Source of the DNA: Octopus sinensis
Lineage: Eukaryota
NCBI RefSeq assembly: GCF_006345805.1
Contig: NC_043015.1
Coordinates: forward strand, 5,394,001-5,458,000
Reading direction: 5' to 3'
Length of the DNA: 64,000 nucleotides
Shown: piece by piece, positions 13,234-27,528 of the stretch
How the letters are laid out: the number at the start of each line of letters is the position of its first letter
Position numbering within the stretch: the stretch's first letter is position 1
Program-made: the position numbers and the translations under genes
Notes under the pieces: model-generated
What the model was told of the DNA's origin: nothing
Database searches by the model: none
What the model saw: the letters and a program-made list of their open reading frames with translations, nothing else

Positions 13234-13639
13234 GGGGGTTGTGATCATATTCTTTGTAATTATTGTTGAATATTTCGGCGAAAACATAAGCAAAGTTTTA
13301 TAGATTTGGAGTGAAGTGAACAACAAATTTTACAAGCTACAAAAGTTTATTCACGCGCTGGATAGCCTCAGAGAATTGCACCGCTGGTCCTCAGTTGTAG
13401 GCTGCCATATCATATGCAATGCATACTTTAATGCGAGGACAATAGAAACAATACATTAGAACGATGGATGTAAAACACTTTTCCAGCTTGGGATAATAAG
13501 AAAATGTCTGTCATAACATTTTGTATGTCTTAAAAGATTATGACCTACAATGAATATTATTCTCTTTAACAAAACCGCGGTTAACGGTCGAAACTTCTTC
13601 GAATATATTATAAAATGATCTGAATTAACAGCAAAGCTT

Positions 13640-14130
13640 TAGCAACTCTATCTAACTGAGAAATGAGCAGGTATGATCGGGTTCAGAGAGGTGTCGGAGG
13701 AAGATAGACGTTAGAAGATCACAATTGGTAGAAATATTTCGTTATTTCCTGTATGATGTCCGTTGCGGGTCTATAAAAAACAGGAATAGAGGATGAAGTT
13801 GCCGTGGCAACTGTACACAATTGCTCATGAAGAACTGAAGATGTGAAAAATTATGCATATTTTGTTTCCTGCGACGAGCATAGTTGCAGATTACTTGACA
13901 GATATGGGCATCAAACCATTTCTTCACGTTATGTACAATATAGACTTGCTCTCGGTGACTTTTGGTTGCTCCAGAAACTAAAGAAGCTCAACAAACAGTA
14001 ATTTTGAAAATATAGGATGCTGTGACAAGTAACGTGGACACATTTAATGGACCTCTAAGGTGCTGTCACGAATGATTTTAATGTTTAAAGTGCATTTAAG
14101 TGGGAAGATCCTACACTGAAGAAAATTACA
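13640..14130 (+). mobile_element. mariner internally deleted relic
   Basis: Fragments VAVATVHTIAHEELKM and DYLTDMGIK... match the mariner linker and catalytic C-terminus. Confidence 0.65.
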
Positions 14131-14555
14131 GTATTGTACTGTTGTGAAATTCATAAATGTCTTTCTCAAAACGTCTTAGCTCTTATAGACTACAATTTCT
14201 AACATAATTTAATTGATTGAGTTATGTACCTTCATTACATTCTCTAATACCGAGAGAATTATCTGGTTACCATTTCTAGTAGTGGATAAAAAAACAACAA
14301 ATAATGTCCTACAGTCGCGTGAAATGGGGAAGATATACACATAAAAACTTTACTTCGCATGGGCCTTTGAATAAAGTTATAGTAAAATTTCCAATGAATA
14401 TTATCTCAATTATCCATTGACACAGAAAACAGACCATACGCACACACGCACACAATATACATATGAAATTTGTATTATAATATATATATTATCTGATATA
14501 TATATATATTATATATATAATATATATTATATATACATATATATATATATATATT

Positions 14556-14644
<89 letters not shown>

Positions 14645-14846
14645 GCATATATATATATTATTAATATATATTCCATACATATGTTATGTATATATTATAT
14701 AGAGGGTACTACTATTCATACCTTTTTTCACGCTAACTACTGATAATTTCTTATAAAGATGTTATCCTCAATTTTAAATTTATATGTATGTATATATATA
14801 TATATATACATAAACACATAGATACATGCATGCATACATATATCTG

Positions 14847-15715
14847 TACGATGTGTAAATTGTCAGAATTTTTTATTTTTAATTCAACGCGTTGTTTTTT
14901 TCTGTCGACTATACTGTATAGTGGGGGAGTTGGGTATCGTCCGTGAGAAGGACACCAGCATGACGCAACTCACCGTGCCAGAAATTTGGAAATGACATGC
15001 TATACAGCTTGACATCGCACTGGAAGCACCAATACGAATATTTCCTTCTGTTTGGGTGTCAATCTGAGGACAGTGAAATCTGAGAACAGGTACCGACAGT
15101 GATGAATATCAAGCTTCGAATCAACATCATGGTGTTTGGGGCGATCACTAGTGACGGCGAAGTTATGCCTGTATTCTTTTCACACACAGCCTCAGGTTCA
15201 GCACGGAGGCCTACATGAAGTGCCTGGAGGGGTTAGTGCTGCACTGGGTCAAGAGAGTGGCTGGTAAAAGAGTCCATGTCTGGCAACAGAACTCTACATC
15301 ATGCTACGCAAGAAGGAGAACCCAGTCTTGGCTATCAGATAATTTCTGAGACTACATCGCCTCTAACATCAGGTCACCTAATTCCCCAAACTGCAGAGCC
15401 TTGGTTATTATATGTGGAACGCAGTTCACTGAGAGACCAACAAAGCTCCTTCAAACACCAAAGATGAACTGAGGGCAAAGATATTGTCATTAATCACCAA
15501 CTAAAACAAAGAGACCTTCCAGAACAGTTGCAAGAAATACCGAAATCGTGTGCATGCCATGGTTGAAGTAAAATGGTGATTTTATTGAATAAATTAACTC
15601 TCCAATACTTCATGATATTTTTATGTAATTTTAATAAATATAATTGTTAAAAGGAATTGTCAGTGTTATTTATATTTTTACGTAATGTAGACGACAGTTT
15701 ATCCACCGCACCCCA
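14847..15715 (+). mobile_element. Tc1/mariner DD37D (maT-type) relic, internally deleted
   Basis: IMVFGAITSDGEVMP... WVKRVAGKRVHVWQQNS... TQSWLSDNF... SPNSP... YYMWNAV... NTKDELRAKI... GDFIE*; left end cgatgtgtaaattgtca shared with the 41197 copy. Confidence 0.8.
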
Positions 15716-15731
15716 TTTATATGTCTACATG

Positions 15732-15762
<31 letters not shown>

Positions 15763-16584
15763 ATGTAAATACATACATACACACATACGCACACACGCGC
15801 GCACAAACATGCACACATGTACACACACACACGCACACACACACACACACATATATATATATAAATATATTGGTGACGGAAAGGGACTTAGAGTGTAAAG
15901 GAAATAATTACATATAACAATAGAGCATTCTTTGTATTTTTTTCTTTAATTTAAAACTCAGAATGTGAGGAATATCACCTATTATTAATTCATTCGATTG
16001 TGAATTAATGCCTACATATTTTGTGCAACATATTGATGTCAAATTCTATTATATACAGTTAATGTTAATACTTTACATTTCTGAAATTTGAGACATTCAT
16101 CGAAAATAGGTCTTATTCCAAAATGTTTCTTTATTCAATAACTATACCAGACTTTAAAACAATCTAATGAGATAATATTTTTTTTTTTACTAAATACATT
16201 ACGCTGAAGAATATTCGAAAAATAATATCCCTCGGGTTTTACTCCATATTTTCTCTCCGTGGAATCAATACGATTCTTTTATCGCACTGCCAAATGATCA
16301 ATTCAATAGGATGATATTTTGGTTCTATGGAATTGACTTTCAAAACACTTTGACCCAAGGCCACGGTGTGTCTGTGCACGTATGCATGTTAGTTTTTGTG
16401 TGTCGTTAGTGTCTGCGTCAATGGATAATTGAGATAGTCATTATTGGAAATGATCCAATGCGACAATCGTGTTCTTCAAATTCTAATACTAATATACAAG
16501 CCCTAAGCATTCAACTCATATAAATCATATGAAATTTCAAAAGGTCCACAATCGGTTGAATTTTCTTTATGTAAAACGGTGATC

Positions 16585-16633
<49 letters not shown>

Positions 16634-16637
<4 letters not shown>

Positions 16638-16800
16638 AAACAAGTCATTATAGAAAATGCTAAAATAATTTTATAGTGAACATTTCAGTACCGGTTTCGG
16701 TCATTTTGAGACCTTTTCAACTGTAACGATTAAATAATTAAATTTAGAAAAATTAGAAGAAAAGTTTTTTTAAAGGAATATTTCTATAGTAGTGTTCAGG
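16634..16800 (-). mobile_element. (TA)n-adjacent short element with degenerate hammerhead-like core
   Basis: Minus 16723-16686: cag TTGAAAA ggtc tcaaaat gacc GAAAC CG GTA ctg. Confidence 0.5.
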
Positions 16801-17093
16801 TATAAGTGGCATTCTGCCTTTCTCTGATTCCTTGTTTGCACTTGTGTGTTCGGGGTCGTTGTGAGTTCTTGGTAGGGTAGAAGTAGAAGAAGGCTGATGA
16901 GGAAAGGGAGTGGGAAAATCTGGGGGTGCCCTGATGGTCGTATTTTGAATGGTCAGTGGCGGCTAGCAGTCGCAGTTCAATTCAGGAGAATATTTATATT
17001 GAAAGGCTTGTTTATGGAATTTGCGTAGGTGTTATTCTAAAAAACATTAGTGAAACTTTGTCACTATATATCAACTCGTGTGTTCCTTTTCAC

Positions 17094-17156
<63 letters not shown>

Positions 17157-17191
17157 GTGTGTGTATGTATGTACGTACGTATGTATGTAGG

Positions 17192-17225
<34 letters not shown>

Positions 17226-17287
17226 ATAATAATAAAAAAAAAAAAATAATAATAATAATAATAATAATAACAAAAATAATAATAAAT

Positions 17288-17528
17288 GTTCCTTCTCGAG
17301 CCATGCCAGGCACATAAGGTCCGTTTTCCTGCTTTCAGTGGCGTAGAAATTTTCCCCACCTGGACGGGACGCCGGTCCGTCGCACGATCACTCATTTCTG
17401 CCAGCTCAGTAGACAGGGGCAACATGAAATGAAGTGTTTTGCTCAAGAACACAACGCATCTCCCGAGCCAGGAATCGAAACCAGAACTATACGATCATGA
17501 GTTCAACACCCTACCGACTAAGCCATGC

Positions 17529-17529
<1 letters not shown>
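17288..17529 (-). mobile_element. SINE family D (tRNA-like head, gaccggcgtcccgtccagg core, (ATT)n tail)
   Basis: Minus: gcatggcttagtcggtagg (A box)... ggtttcgattcc (B box)... gttcttgagcaaaacac...; tail is the (AAT)n run at about 17225-17285. Confidence 0.8.
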
Positions 17530-17594
<65 letters not shown>

Positions 17595-18482
17595 CACACA
17601 CACACATATATATATATATATATTACGTGTTAGAGTATGCGCGTGAGTGTGCGTGTGTGTGCATGTGTGTATGCGGGCCAGAATGCGAGTGTGAGTATTT
17701 GTGTGTACATATTTCTGTGCGCATTTAGAATACGCTTATATCAATACATACACCTTACTAACTCACAAAATCATTTAAGCTCTGAGAGGAATGTCTTCTA
17801 ACACATATGCATACGTGTCTACTGTCGACATATTTCGCGTGTCAGAAAATATGAAGTGTGTTTTAAATTCGTGCAAATTTATAAAATATATAATTATCGA
17901 AATTACGCGACACTTCAATAAATAAATGAAAATTCGGCAAATTTTGCGTTCCATTTCCAGCCATATGACAACAGGTTATACATAGCAATTAACATTAGAT
18001 ATAGCGAGGTAATGCTATTTTATTCATTATTTTTTTGTTCAGTACATCCATTTATATATATAATTTTATATTTCAGGAAGATGGAATTTTTACATTTATT
18101 ACTTCATGGAATAAAATGATGAAACTGGAATTCGAAATATAAGGCAATTACAGTAGCGCTTAAGGGAATAAATTTTATAACATCTGCCAAACTTATTTCT
18201 CCTTTTTCCGAAGATCTAAGTCTCCAATAATCAGCAGGTAGCACCACATAACGCATATTTCCCAAACACACAAACACACGCATACACACACACACACATA
18301 TATATATATACATATATATGCGTGTATATATATAAATGCATCTACATGTATAATTATATATATACGTATACATATATGTATATATTTATATATGTTTATG
18401 CATATATATTAATGTCTATATATATATATATTCATGTTTATATATAGGTATATATATTATATATGTATATATTTATACACGC

Positions 18483-18592
<110 letters not shown>

Positions 18593-19309
18593 GTTATACA
18601 TAGATGTGTGTGTGTGGATGGATGGATGTATAGATGCGTATGCATATAACTACATACGAGCATGCACATTTATAGTATATGATAAATACACACCATACAC
18701 ACACATATCCGATTTCCTATGAATACGTAAATATACATTTATTTGCGCATATACACACAGGATACGTTAGAATGTGTGCTATCATAAAGTGCAGTGTTGT
18801 ATCTCACCGGTGACCTATGTCTGGCTCATGGCTTGCTTATAGCGATCTTATCAAATACGTGATGCAAAAAAAAAAGAAAAAAAACTTTTATTAACCCATC
18901 GGACACATTGTACATGTCAAAGCAATATCCAGCTTTTGCACACATTGCACTACAATGTTCCGAGATGAACATTTGTGGAAGGTTGGTGACGGACGCATTA
19001 TACTTATTGATGGATCAGACATTAAAAAACAAAAAACAAAGAATAAGTTAAGCCATGTTGGCAATGATCGACACATAATAGAGACACATATATATGTAGA
19101 TCGATGCACACACCACCCCATACAGTTATATATATACTATAAATTGTTTTTTTATAAATATATATGCGCGAATGTATGTATGCCCATTTACATATACTTG
19201 TATATATATATATGTATGTAACTATACACACACACATATATATACATATACAAATATATATATATGCATACATGTACATTCATATATATGCATATATATG
19301 TGTGTGTGC

Positions 19310-19345
<36 letters not shown>

Positions 19346-19396
19346 TAATAGCTTCACAACAAAACAATGATTGGGATCTCGATATTATGTATCTGT

Positions 19397-19587
19397 AATA
19401 TATGTGGCAATTAGGCATTAATTCGGTTGCCAAAAATAACACTGCGAGTTTCGGATATAAGGGCGTTTTCATAGCATATTTGTTTGTCTTAATAACTGAC
19501 GAGATGCCGGAGTAGCTTTCCGCCCCGACAAGCGAAACTCGCAGTTTTATTATGGTAGCAGAATAATTGTCACATATTATATCATAC
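19397..19587 (+). mobile_element. Inverted-repeat element containing an intact-core hammerhead-like motif
   Basis: 19490-19552: taataa CTGACGA [stem II] GAAAC tcgca GTT ttatta; about 55-bp imperfect inverted arms; relative at about 25533-25620. Confidence 0.75.
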
Positions 19588-19687
19588 ATACACACACACA
19601 CACATATATATACACACATGTACGTATATATAAATATATATATGTATATGTGTGTATAAACATATATATGTACATGTATATATATAT

Positions 19688-19835
19688 AACGGGAAGCGTT
19701 ATGAAAATAGACAAAAGACGAAGGCAGGTGGGAAACAAACAAACAATTGTATTAGTATGGCGCTCAGGAAATATAAATAAAACAAGTCTTTAACGTTTCG
19801 AGCCTACGCTCTTCAACAGAAAGATACACAGAGAG
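19688..19835 (-). mobile_element. Microsatellite-flanked short element with hammerhead-like core
   Basis: Minus 19824-19787: tcttt CTGTTGA A gagc gtag gctc GAAAC GTT aaaga; 5-bp stem I, 4-bp stem II. Confidence 0.6.
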
Positions 19836-19836
19836 A

Positions 19837-19917
<81 letters not shown>

Positions 19918-19991
19918 TCATATACATATACATATGTATATTCATATTCATATATATGTTTATTTTGAAAGTTGGCGTCAGATCGCATTAC

Positions 19992-20192
19992 GTTCAAGAG
20001 TTCTATGGACAAATTCCTTCATAGAATCCTGGAGGATAACCCTCCTACACATGGCTATGTCTCCATAAACAATAACTTTCTCCTAGAGTGTGCCTTATTT
20101 TCTGGTTCCTGATTCCACTAACTTTGCCGGTTTGTGCTACTTAGACATAGCTGGGCCAATACTGGCTGTAACCTATCAAAGTAACAAAGTAC
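19992..20192 (+). mobile_element. CR1-like LINE 3' end, second diverged copy
   Basis: [12 protein letters not shown]... and ...aacctatcaaagtaacaaagta tail, homologous to 6598-6810. Confidence 0.7.
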
Positions 20193-20223
<31 letters not shown>

Positions 20224-20261
20224 ATATATAATATATATATATATAATATATATATATATAT

Positions 20262-20321
<60 letters not shown>

Positions 20322-20653
20322 GTATTTGTACATATGTATGTCTATATATTTGCATTTGGAAAATTTCAACTAAACATGAAGTGACACAATGACACATCCT
20401 ACATACAGATATATCTACTGTGTATACAAAGTATTAATCACATTTTAATCTCGTTACATAAACTATTTTCCTTTGGCAGAACCATTATTGGAAATTACAA
20501 TATAAACATGGTATCATATTTTATTTCAATATCCTTGTACTTTACATGCATATAGTTTAGTTATTATACATATATTTACACACACTGTGACCCACACGCA
20601 CATATATAACACCTATATACATCTACATGCACATGTATGTGTATGTCTGTAGG

Positions 20654-20717
<64 letters not shown>

Positions 20718-20845
20718 ATGTGTGTATGTAAATATATATATTATATATATATATATATATACACGTGTGTGTGTGCTTTTGTATACATTTATACATACTT
20801 ATATGTACAAATATATGAACAAGCATATTTATATTGATATGGGCA

Positions 20846-21225
20846 TAGGCGCAAGAGTGGCTCTGTGGGAAGAAGCTTGCGACCCAACCCCATGGTTCCG
20901 GATTCAGTCCCACTGTGTGGCAACTTGGGCATGTGCCTTCTATTATAACCTTGAGCCGACCAAATCCTAGTGAGTGAAATTGATAGGCGGAAACTTTAAG
21001 AAGCGCGTCATCTATATATAAATGTTTATATTCGTTTGTTAGTGTTTGTCCCCCACTGTCACTGGACAACCAATGCTGGAGTGTTTACGTCTTCGTAACA
21101 AGTGGTTCGGTAAAAGATAGCGATTGAATAAATACTTGACTCTCAAAGGGTAACTCTTGAGGTCGAATTGTTCGACTAAAGGCGGTGTTTCAGCATGGCC
21201 GCAGTCGAATGAAGGAAGCAATAGA
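20846..21225 (+). mobile_element. SINE family A, diverged
   Basis: Colinear with 7731-8176. Confidence 0.85.
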
Positions 21226-21472
21226 AAGAAGATAAACATATATAGATATATATATATATATATGTATATGTGTGTGTATATATGTATATATATATATACA
21301 TATATATATACACATATATATAGACGTATATATATACATATGTACACATATATATTTATAAATATATATGTATTTATATATGTGTATATATGTATATATA
21401 CGTGTATATATATGTGTATATATATATGTATATATATATATATATATATTATATATGTATATATATGTATTA

Positions 21473-21522
<50 letters not shown>

Positions 21523-22233
21523 TATATGTGTGTATATATATGTATATATATATATATACATATAGAAACTATGGTAGAAAATTTTATTATTTACTATATA
21601 AACAAAATATTGGATTAATGTCTCAGCTGTGTATGTGTGTACGTGTGTGTGTTTACGCATGCGTTTGGTTGTGTATGCATGTATGTACGTATGTTATGTA
21701 TGTATTTATAATTATTTCTATGCTTGGATGGTGAGGGGAAATGTATGAGCGAGGGAAAGCAACACTCAGACATTCCAGAACGGATTCTCTTACATATCAA
21801 GCAGGAACATTTATTTATAAAAATTTATCAGCAATATCTTCCCGATATTTAATTAACTATTTATGTCTGAAGTACAATTTAAGATAAGATATAAATATAT
21901 TTTTATTTTCTCTACACGAATTGCCCTCAAAGTAGAAATTGATACGCGTAAAATAAATATTTATGTGTGATGTACATAGTTTCGCATCCAAGAGTTTTGA
22001 ATAAAGCTTAACGGCGCTGTATTTACAAAATCTTCAGAGTTCTGGGTAATATCGTTTCCCTGATTTGTTTTCATTATTTACTATCTGTGTTCGAATCTCG
22101 CTTAGACCGCGTTTGTCACTTCCCTTGTCACAGCCGTTGGCATATATTACCAATCAATTATTGGCATTCATTTAATCGATTATTCAATTTATTTGACATC
22201 ACGGACGTGGTTTTTGTAAGGAATATAAGCATA

Positions 22234-22630
22234 TAGGCGCAGCTGTCTTTATGTGGTCAGCAGGTGAGCTGTATGCCTCCTAACGACGTAGTTCAGGGTT
22301 CTGTCTCAGTGCGTACCACACTGGCACAGTGCACTGGGCCAACCACAGCTTTATGAGTAGATTAGTTATACAGAATGAGAATGAGGCCCACCCATCGAAT
22401 ATATATACATGTGGGTGTGGGTGTATGTGTATGTGTGTGCGCGCGCATGTGGGTGTGAAACTTTGTGTGTATGTATGCATGTATGTATGTATGTACATAT
22501 ATATATATATATAATATATATATATATATAAATGTTGGTGTATGTTTGTGTTTGTGTTGTGCCTTAGCACCCATGTACAACCAAAGCGCTATGCGTGGCT
22601 TAGTTAGGTAGAAACAGAAAGAAGCCCAAC
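22234..22630 (+). mobile_element. Old SINE family A-like relic
   Basis: taggcgcag head and degenerate ggtagaaacagaaagaagccc segment. Confidence 0.5.
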
Positions 22631-23378
22631 GAATATACATACATTTACATATATGCATGCATGCATGCATGTGTGATTGTATGTATATATTTGTGTGAGT
22701 GTGTGTGTGTGCCTACGTGTGTGTGTTTTAGTTTGTCATTGTGTTGAGCCTTAGCACCGCTTCACATTAGGTATTGGTTTCTTTACCTCCCTGTAACTAA
22801 GCGCTGCAATAAAAGAGGCAGTCTTCATGAAATACGTGAAGGAGTCTGCTCTTTCGGCTAAAATCATTCATGGTTTCCCCATGAAAGACTTTCAACGGAA
22901 GAAGATATAAGCAGATTGTTAAGAATATTATCTTAGAAATAAATTCAGATTTTTGGAGGATACTTTGTTGTAGCTTGTGGGTGATGTACTGCTTGTCTTT
23001 GGTTCACAAGAGACATTATTAGCCACAAATATTCTTGGAGCACGCTTGAAAGATTGAATCTTCATACCATATCCAAACTTACCGATAATTCTCGACTCCT
23101 TAACTACGTGGGTACTCATTTCGAAGACACATATGCCCGTGAGAAATCTAAACACTTGCAGAACAATTAAATCTCTTAAATTATTTATTCGACCTAATGC
23201 TTCATGCGTTCATTCGCAGAAGGGATGTTATGTCAATCCAAAGGATTGAATCTTGCGTTCGTCAACAAATTATGTTTTTCAAGAGGTTTCTCTTCCCATA
23301 TGATTTCCCATATTGAAAGCGTATACTGAATCGAAATATTCCGTTCATTATTTACCGGGCATTCGTGCCGTATAGGTA

Positions 23379-23871
23379 TACATTCCCTATTATCCTTGGA
23401 ATGAAGTAGATTAGTTTACTTCATTTGCATAACAACACGCGTGATGTGACTTAAATGAGGGCCAACATTCGGTTATGACGCCGAAATGTTCACCCTATGC
23501 AGCCTATACAGTTCACCCTGGTATTTTTTCCTCGTCTGGCTTGAAATTTTCAGTTAACCAACGTAGATATCATTGGCTGATATCTGTACTTTGATCTAAG
23601 CACTGGTCTCCTGAACCGCGGAGGACCCTGCGGCTGCAGGCGTTGCAGGGGCTTAGTGACGTCCCTGTGGTCAATAAAGGTTTATTTCCTTATAATTCTT
23701 CAAAGGTGATTTCTTTACCTGTTTTATTGGTTTAGTTAATTCCCCAAATCCTTAAATAATTACATTCCCTATTATCCTTGGAGTGAATTAGAATACTTTA
23801 CTTCATGTACATAACAACATGTGTGATGTGACTTCAAAAGAGAGCCAACACTCGGTTATGATGCCGGAAAT
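23379..23871. repeat. Two about 110-bp diverged direct repeats (23379-23487, 23761-23871) flanking a core with a GC-rich stretch
   Basis: Both start tacattccctattatccttgga and end ...cggttatgaYgcc. Confidence 0.85.
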
Positions 23872-24838
23872 TACGTTCCTCAAAATCTTTGAAGCAACAA
23901 TTGCTGCATTTATGCTACGAATTGACTGAAATGAAACATGGATATCTTTGAAGGCATTTATTTCTAAGGAGCATATTGTAAACAGTATAATTTCTTTTAA
24001 ATACTTTAGATTTTATCCTTATTACATTGCCTATGTTAGTACCTTAAAAAAATAAGCCATTCAATCGGGTTACCTTTCGCCTTACATCCTATAGAGCATG
24101 TATATTCTATCCTACTATTGCCTTGAAATTTAATTTTGTTGACTGAAATTGTTTTGAAGAAATTCGTGTGTTTGGGTATGGATACTTGACTTTGTATTAG
24201 AATCTACCGTAGCTTGACGACCTGTGTTGACAAACTACGCTGATTATTTATGTCCATGTAACCTGTCAGTTTGGCAAAAACAAGATCTATATAATGAGTA
24301 CGACTCTTAAGAATAAGAATCGGGTCGATCTCTTCCATTTACCTATAGAAAACTTTGCCCCGGCACAACTGCAATAAAATGACGGAAACAAGTTGAAGAT
24401 ATACTGTAGAGCGCTATTGCTTAATAACAAAAATTCTTTCTAAATTCGTTTTTTGATACGCATAGAAATTAATCATATCTTCGCGTTCTCTTTTACATAT
24501 TTTGTGATTTTTAATTAAAACAACTCCATCAATGAATAATTTTAAAATAAGTGTGTTTCTTTTTCCTTTGCTTGTCATTTCAACTTACAAATCGGGAGTT
24601 TTATTTTAGCTATATAACATGTAGAGTTTATCAAAATATCATATGAAGTATATCGTAATTAATATTTCAAAGAATATGATTGAAGATACCTAGTATAGAA
24701 TTTAGACATTAGTGAGAAATGGAAGTAATCTTAAAAATATTTTTTCCTTCTTCATTTTTACATTTTGAAATTTTAATTGAAATTTTGAACCACAAAACAT
24801 AGATATGCATATCGATATTCCTCAGTTTATAATCAGCA

Positions 24839-24900
<62 letters not shown>

Positions 24901-25027
24901 TGTGTGTGTGTGTGTGTGTGCGTATGTGTGTGAGTGTGCGTGAATGGGTGTGTGTATGTATGTATGTATATGTATATATATATGTATAAAGAGATATGTA
25001 TCTATTCATATGTGTATATCTATATAA

Positions 25028-25196
<169 letters not shown>

Positions 25197-25207
25197 CATA
25201 TATATAT

Positions 25208-25259
<52 letters not shown>

Positions 25260-25619
25260 CAGATGTGTGTACATATGTAATATGAGATTAAATAAAACTT
25301 AGGCATTTAGTTATTTGCAAAAAGATGAATGCTAGACACGAAATTAATTAAGTGGGAATTTGAGAGAAGCGATATTGCCTCTGCAAATATGTTGTTCACA
25401 AATATATTTGACGTAAAAGCGATTGAAACAGACACATATGCACACGGACGTAAGGGACATCTACATATATAAAACTGGTATATCTGTATGATTACATATA
25501 TATGTATATATATATATTCTTTTTTTTTTTATTTAATATGTGACAATTATTCGGTAGCCATGATAAAACTCCGTGTTTCGGATTCCTGGGTTGAAATCCA
25601 CGCCACCATCTTTTCAGTT

Positions 25620-26770
25620 ATCCAGCCATCGGAAAAGATGCTATGAAAATGACCTCTCCTCCCACTCAACATTCACGCGGGGACTGTACCTTTCTGGACA
25701 CACTCATTCAATTGGGCTGCTAGTCTTTCATGCACCGTGAGGCGTCTCTTCAACCAGAAGCCATGAATGCCATCTGGTCCGGAGCTTTCCATTAACGCGC
25801 TTTACCCACTTCACCTTATGACAATCTTCCTTTGTTTCTTTCCCCCTTGTAATTCTATTTTGACAGTTCCTATCCATACTGTATCCCTTTTATGCGCCAC
25901 AACGTTTCCCCACAATCAGCTCGAGAACTTCTTGACTGGATTTGCATCAGAAGCAACATTTTCTTCTTTGTTTCCTTCTAACGTTCGGAAGAATTGCTTC
26001 GGGATATTTTTGAACAATCTGTTCTCCTCGAATTGCTTCTTTCTGTTCACACATGTAGTCTTCTGGCTTTTTGCCATGATCATCTGTTTTAACAGCTCTG
26101 TTACTGCATGAAATCCGTTTTTCCGTATTTTATATTTCTTCTCAAAATGTTTCTCGTTCGGTATTTTCCACATTTTTCCAGTTTCCTCTTAACCATTGCT
26201 CAATTTTTCCCTAGATTTTGCCTTGCCTGCAATATGTCCCTTTTTATGCGTCGTTTCCACCATGGTTCTTTTTCTGCACTATTATTATTTTTTTTGTTCT
26301 CTTATGTTGTAATTTCTCTTCAACATATAGCACAATAGCTTAGAGAAGACTCCTTTTTTGTGTTATGTCCTCCGTCTGGATGTATGGTATGACAACATTT
26401 ATCTTCGTGCTGCTTTATTTATCACATACCTATCTACCCTTCTTATATTCATGGGGATTTTTTTCTTCTGGAGCCTTCATCAAATGGGTGAGTCATCTTT
26501 GAATTTGAAGCAATTCATTATCTAGTCGGTTCATTCCCCTGCATGTCCACCCACCACAGTATCAAAGTTGACTGTATAACGTTCTGTTCTTCATCCTTAA
26601 CAGCCCATCACCATTCCTCTTTTCTTCCTGCCTACTCTTACCCCTGATGTTAAATGCTATGTCTCTGCTTTCATCTCCGACCATCATTTGTAGCCGATCC
26701 ACCGGGTCTTCCAAATTTCTCAGTTATCCGAGATATTTCTTCTCCTGTTAAGTAACCCTTCCTCCTAATT
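25620..26770 (-). mobile_element. Dong/R4-clade LINE, N-terminal to start-of-RT fragment
   Basis: Minus translation: EKEPWWKRRIK... KQFEENRLFKNIPKQFFRTLEG... KAPGPDGIHGFWLK... HERLAAQLNEC. Confidence 0.8.
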
Positions 26771-26804
26771 ACTCACTTGGTTATTATAATTAAGATTATT
26801 ACTA

Positions 26805-26877
26805 TTAGTAGTAGTAGTATAAGTAGTAGTAGTAGTGGTAGTGGCAGCAGCAGCATCAGTAGTAGTAGTAGCAGCAG

Positions 26878-26958
<81 letters not shown>

Positions 26959-26975
26959 CAGCAGCAGCAGTGGTA
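26805..26975. repeat. Compound (AGT)n/(AGC)n microsatellite
   Basis: Directly visible. Confidence 0.95.
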
Positions 26976-27071
26976 GATTTTCTTCTGCCTTCGATTTTGT
27001 TTCCTTTTCTTGCTGAGCGGCTTCCGAAAGAACCGATAGAGTGAAAGAGTCCGGAAGTGAACGCTTAAATT

Positions 27072-27528
27072 TATATCTAATGTAGGATAATTTTTTTGGG
27101 GAAAAAAATTATTTTCCAAAAATCTATTTTGGATGTATTTGGGGTACTTAATTGTGCTCATGGCTTAGTGTTTGCTCCTTCCATGAGTATGAGTAAGTAT
27201 CTCATTTATTTCTTTTGCCACATGTATCACTGACGAAAGGAGGGCTGTTATAAGCTAACCCTGAAATCGGTCCGATATGGTAATAATGGAATTTTAAAGA
27301 AATTTCTGTCGACCTTTTTCGAGTAACGTGCGTATCGTGAAAAAATTATATGGTTAATGGACAATATGTCCAATTTTTCGGCATATTTGGCATTAGACAT
27401 TTTTTTTGTTTGCCCTTATTTATGAATTGTTTATAAATTTAACCTTTAAAAGTATTTTTTTATATGCTGGCCATTGATAAAATGTTTTTGGGAAAATAAT
27501 TCTTTTCGAAAAAAATTTTATCCTACAT

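Noticed and set aside
22945-23170. About 70-codon frame interrupted by one TGA within a CG*CTAC motif
   Set aside because: No homology recognised and no SECIS-like structure seen; insufficient for a selenoprotein or pseudogene call.
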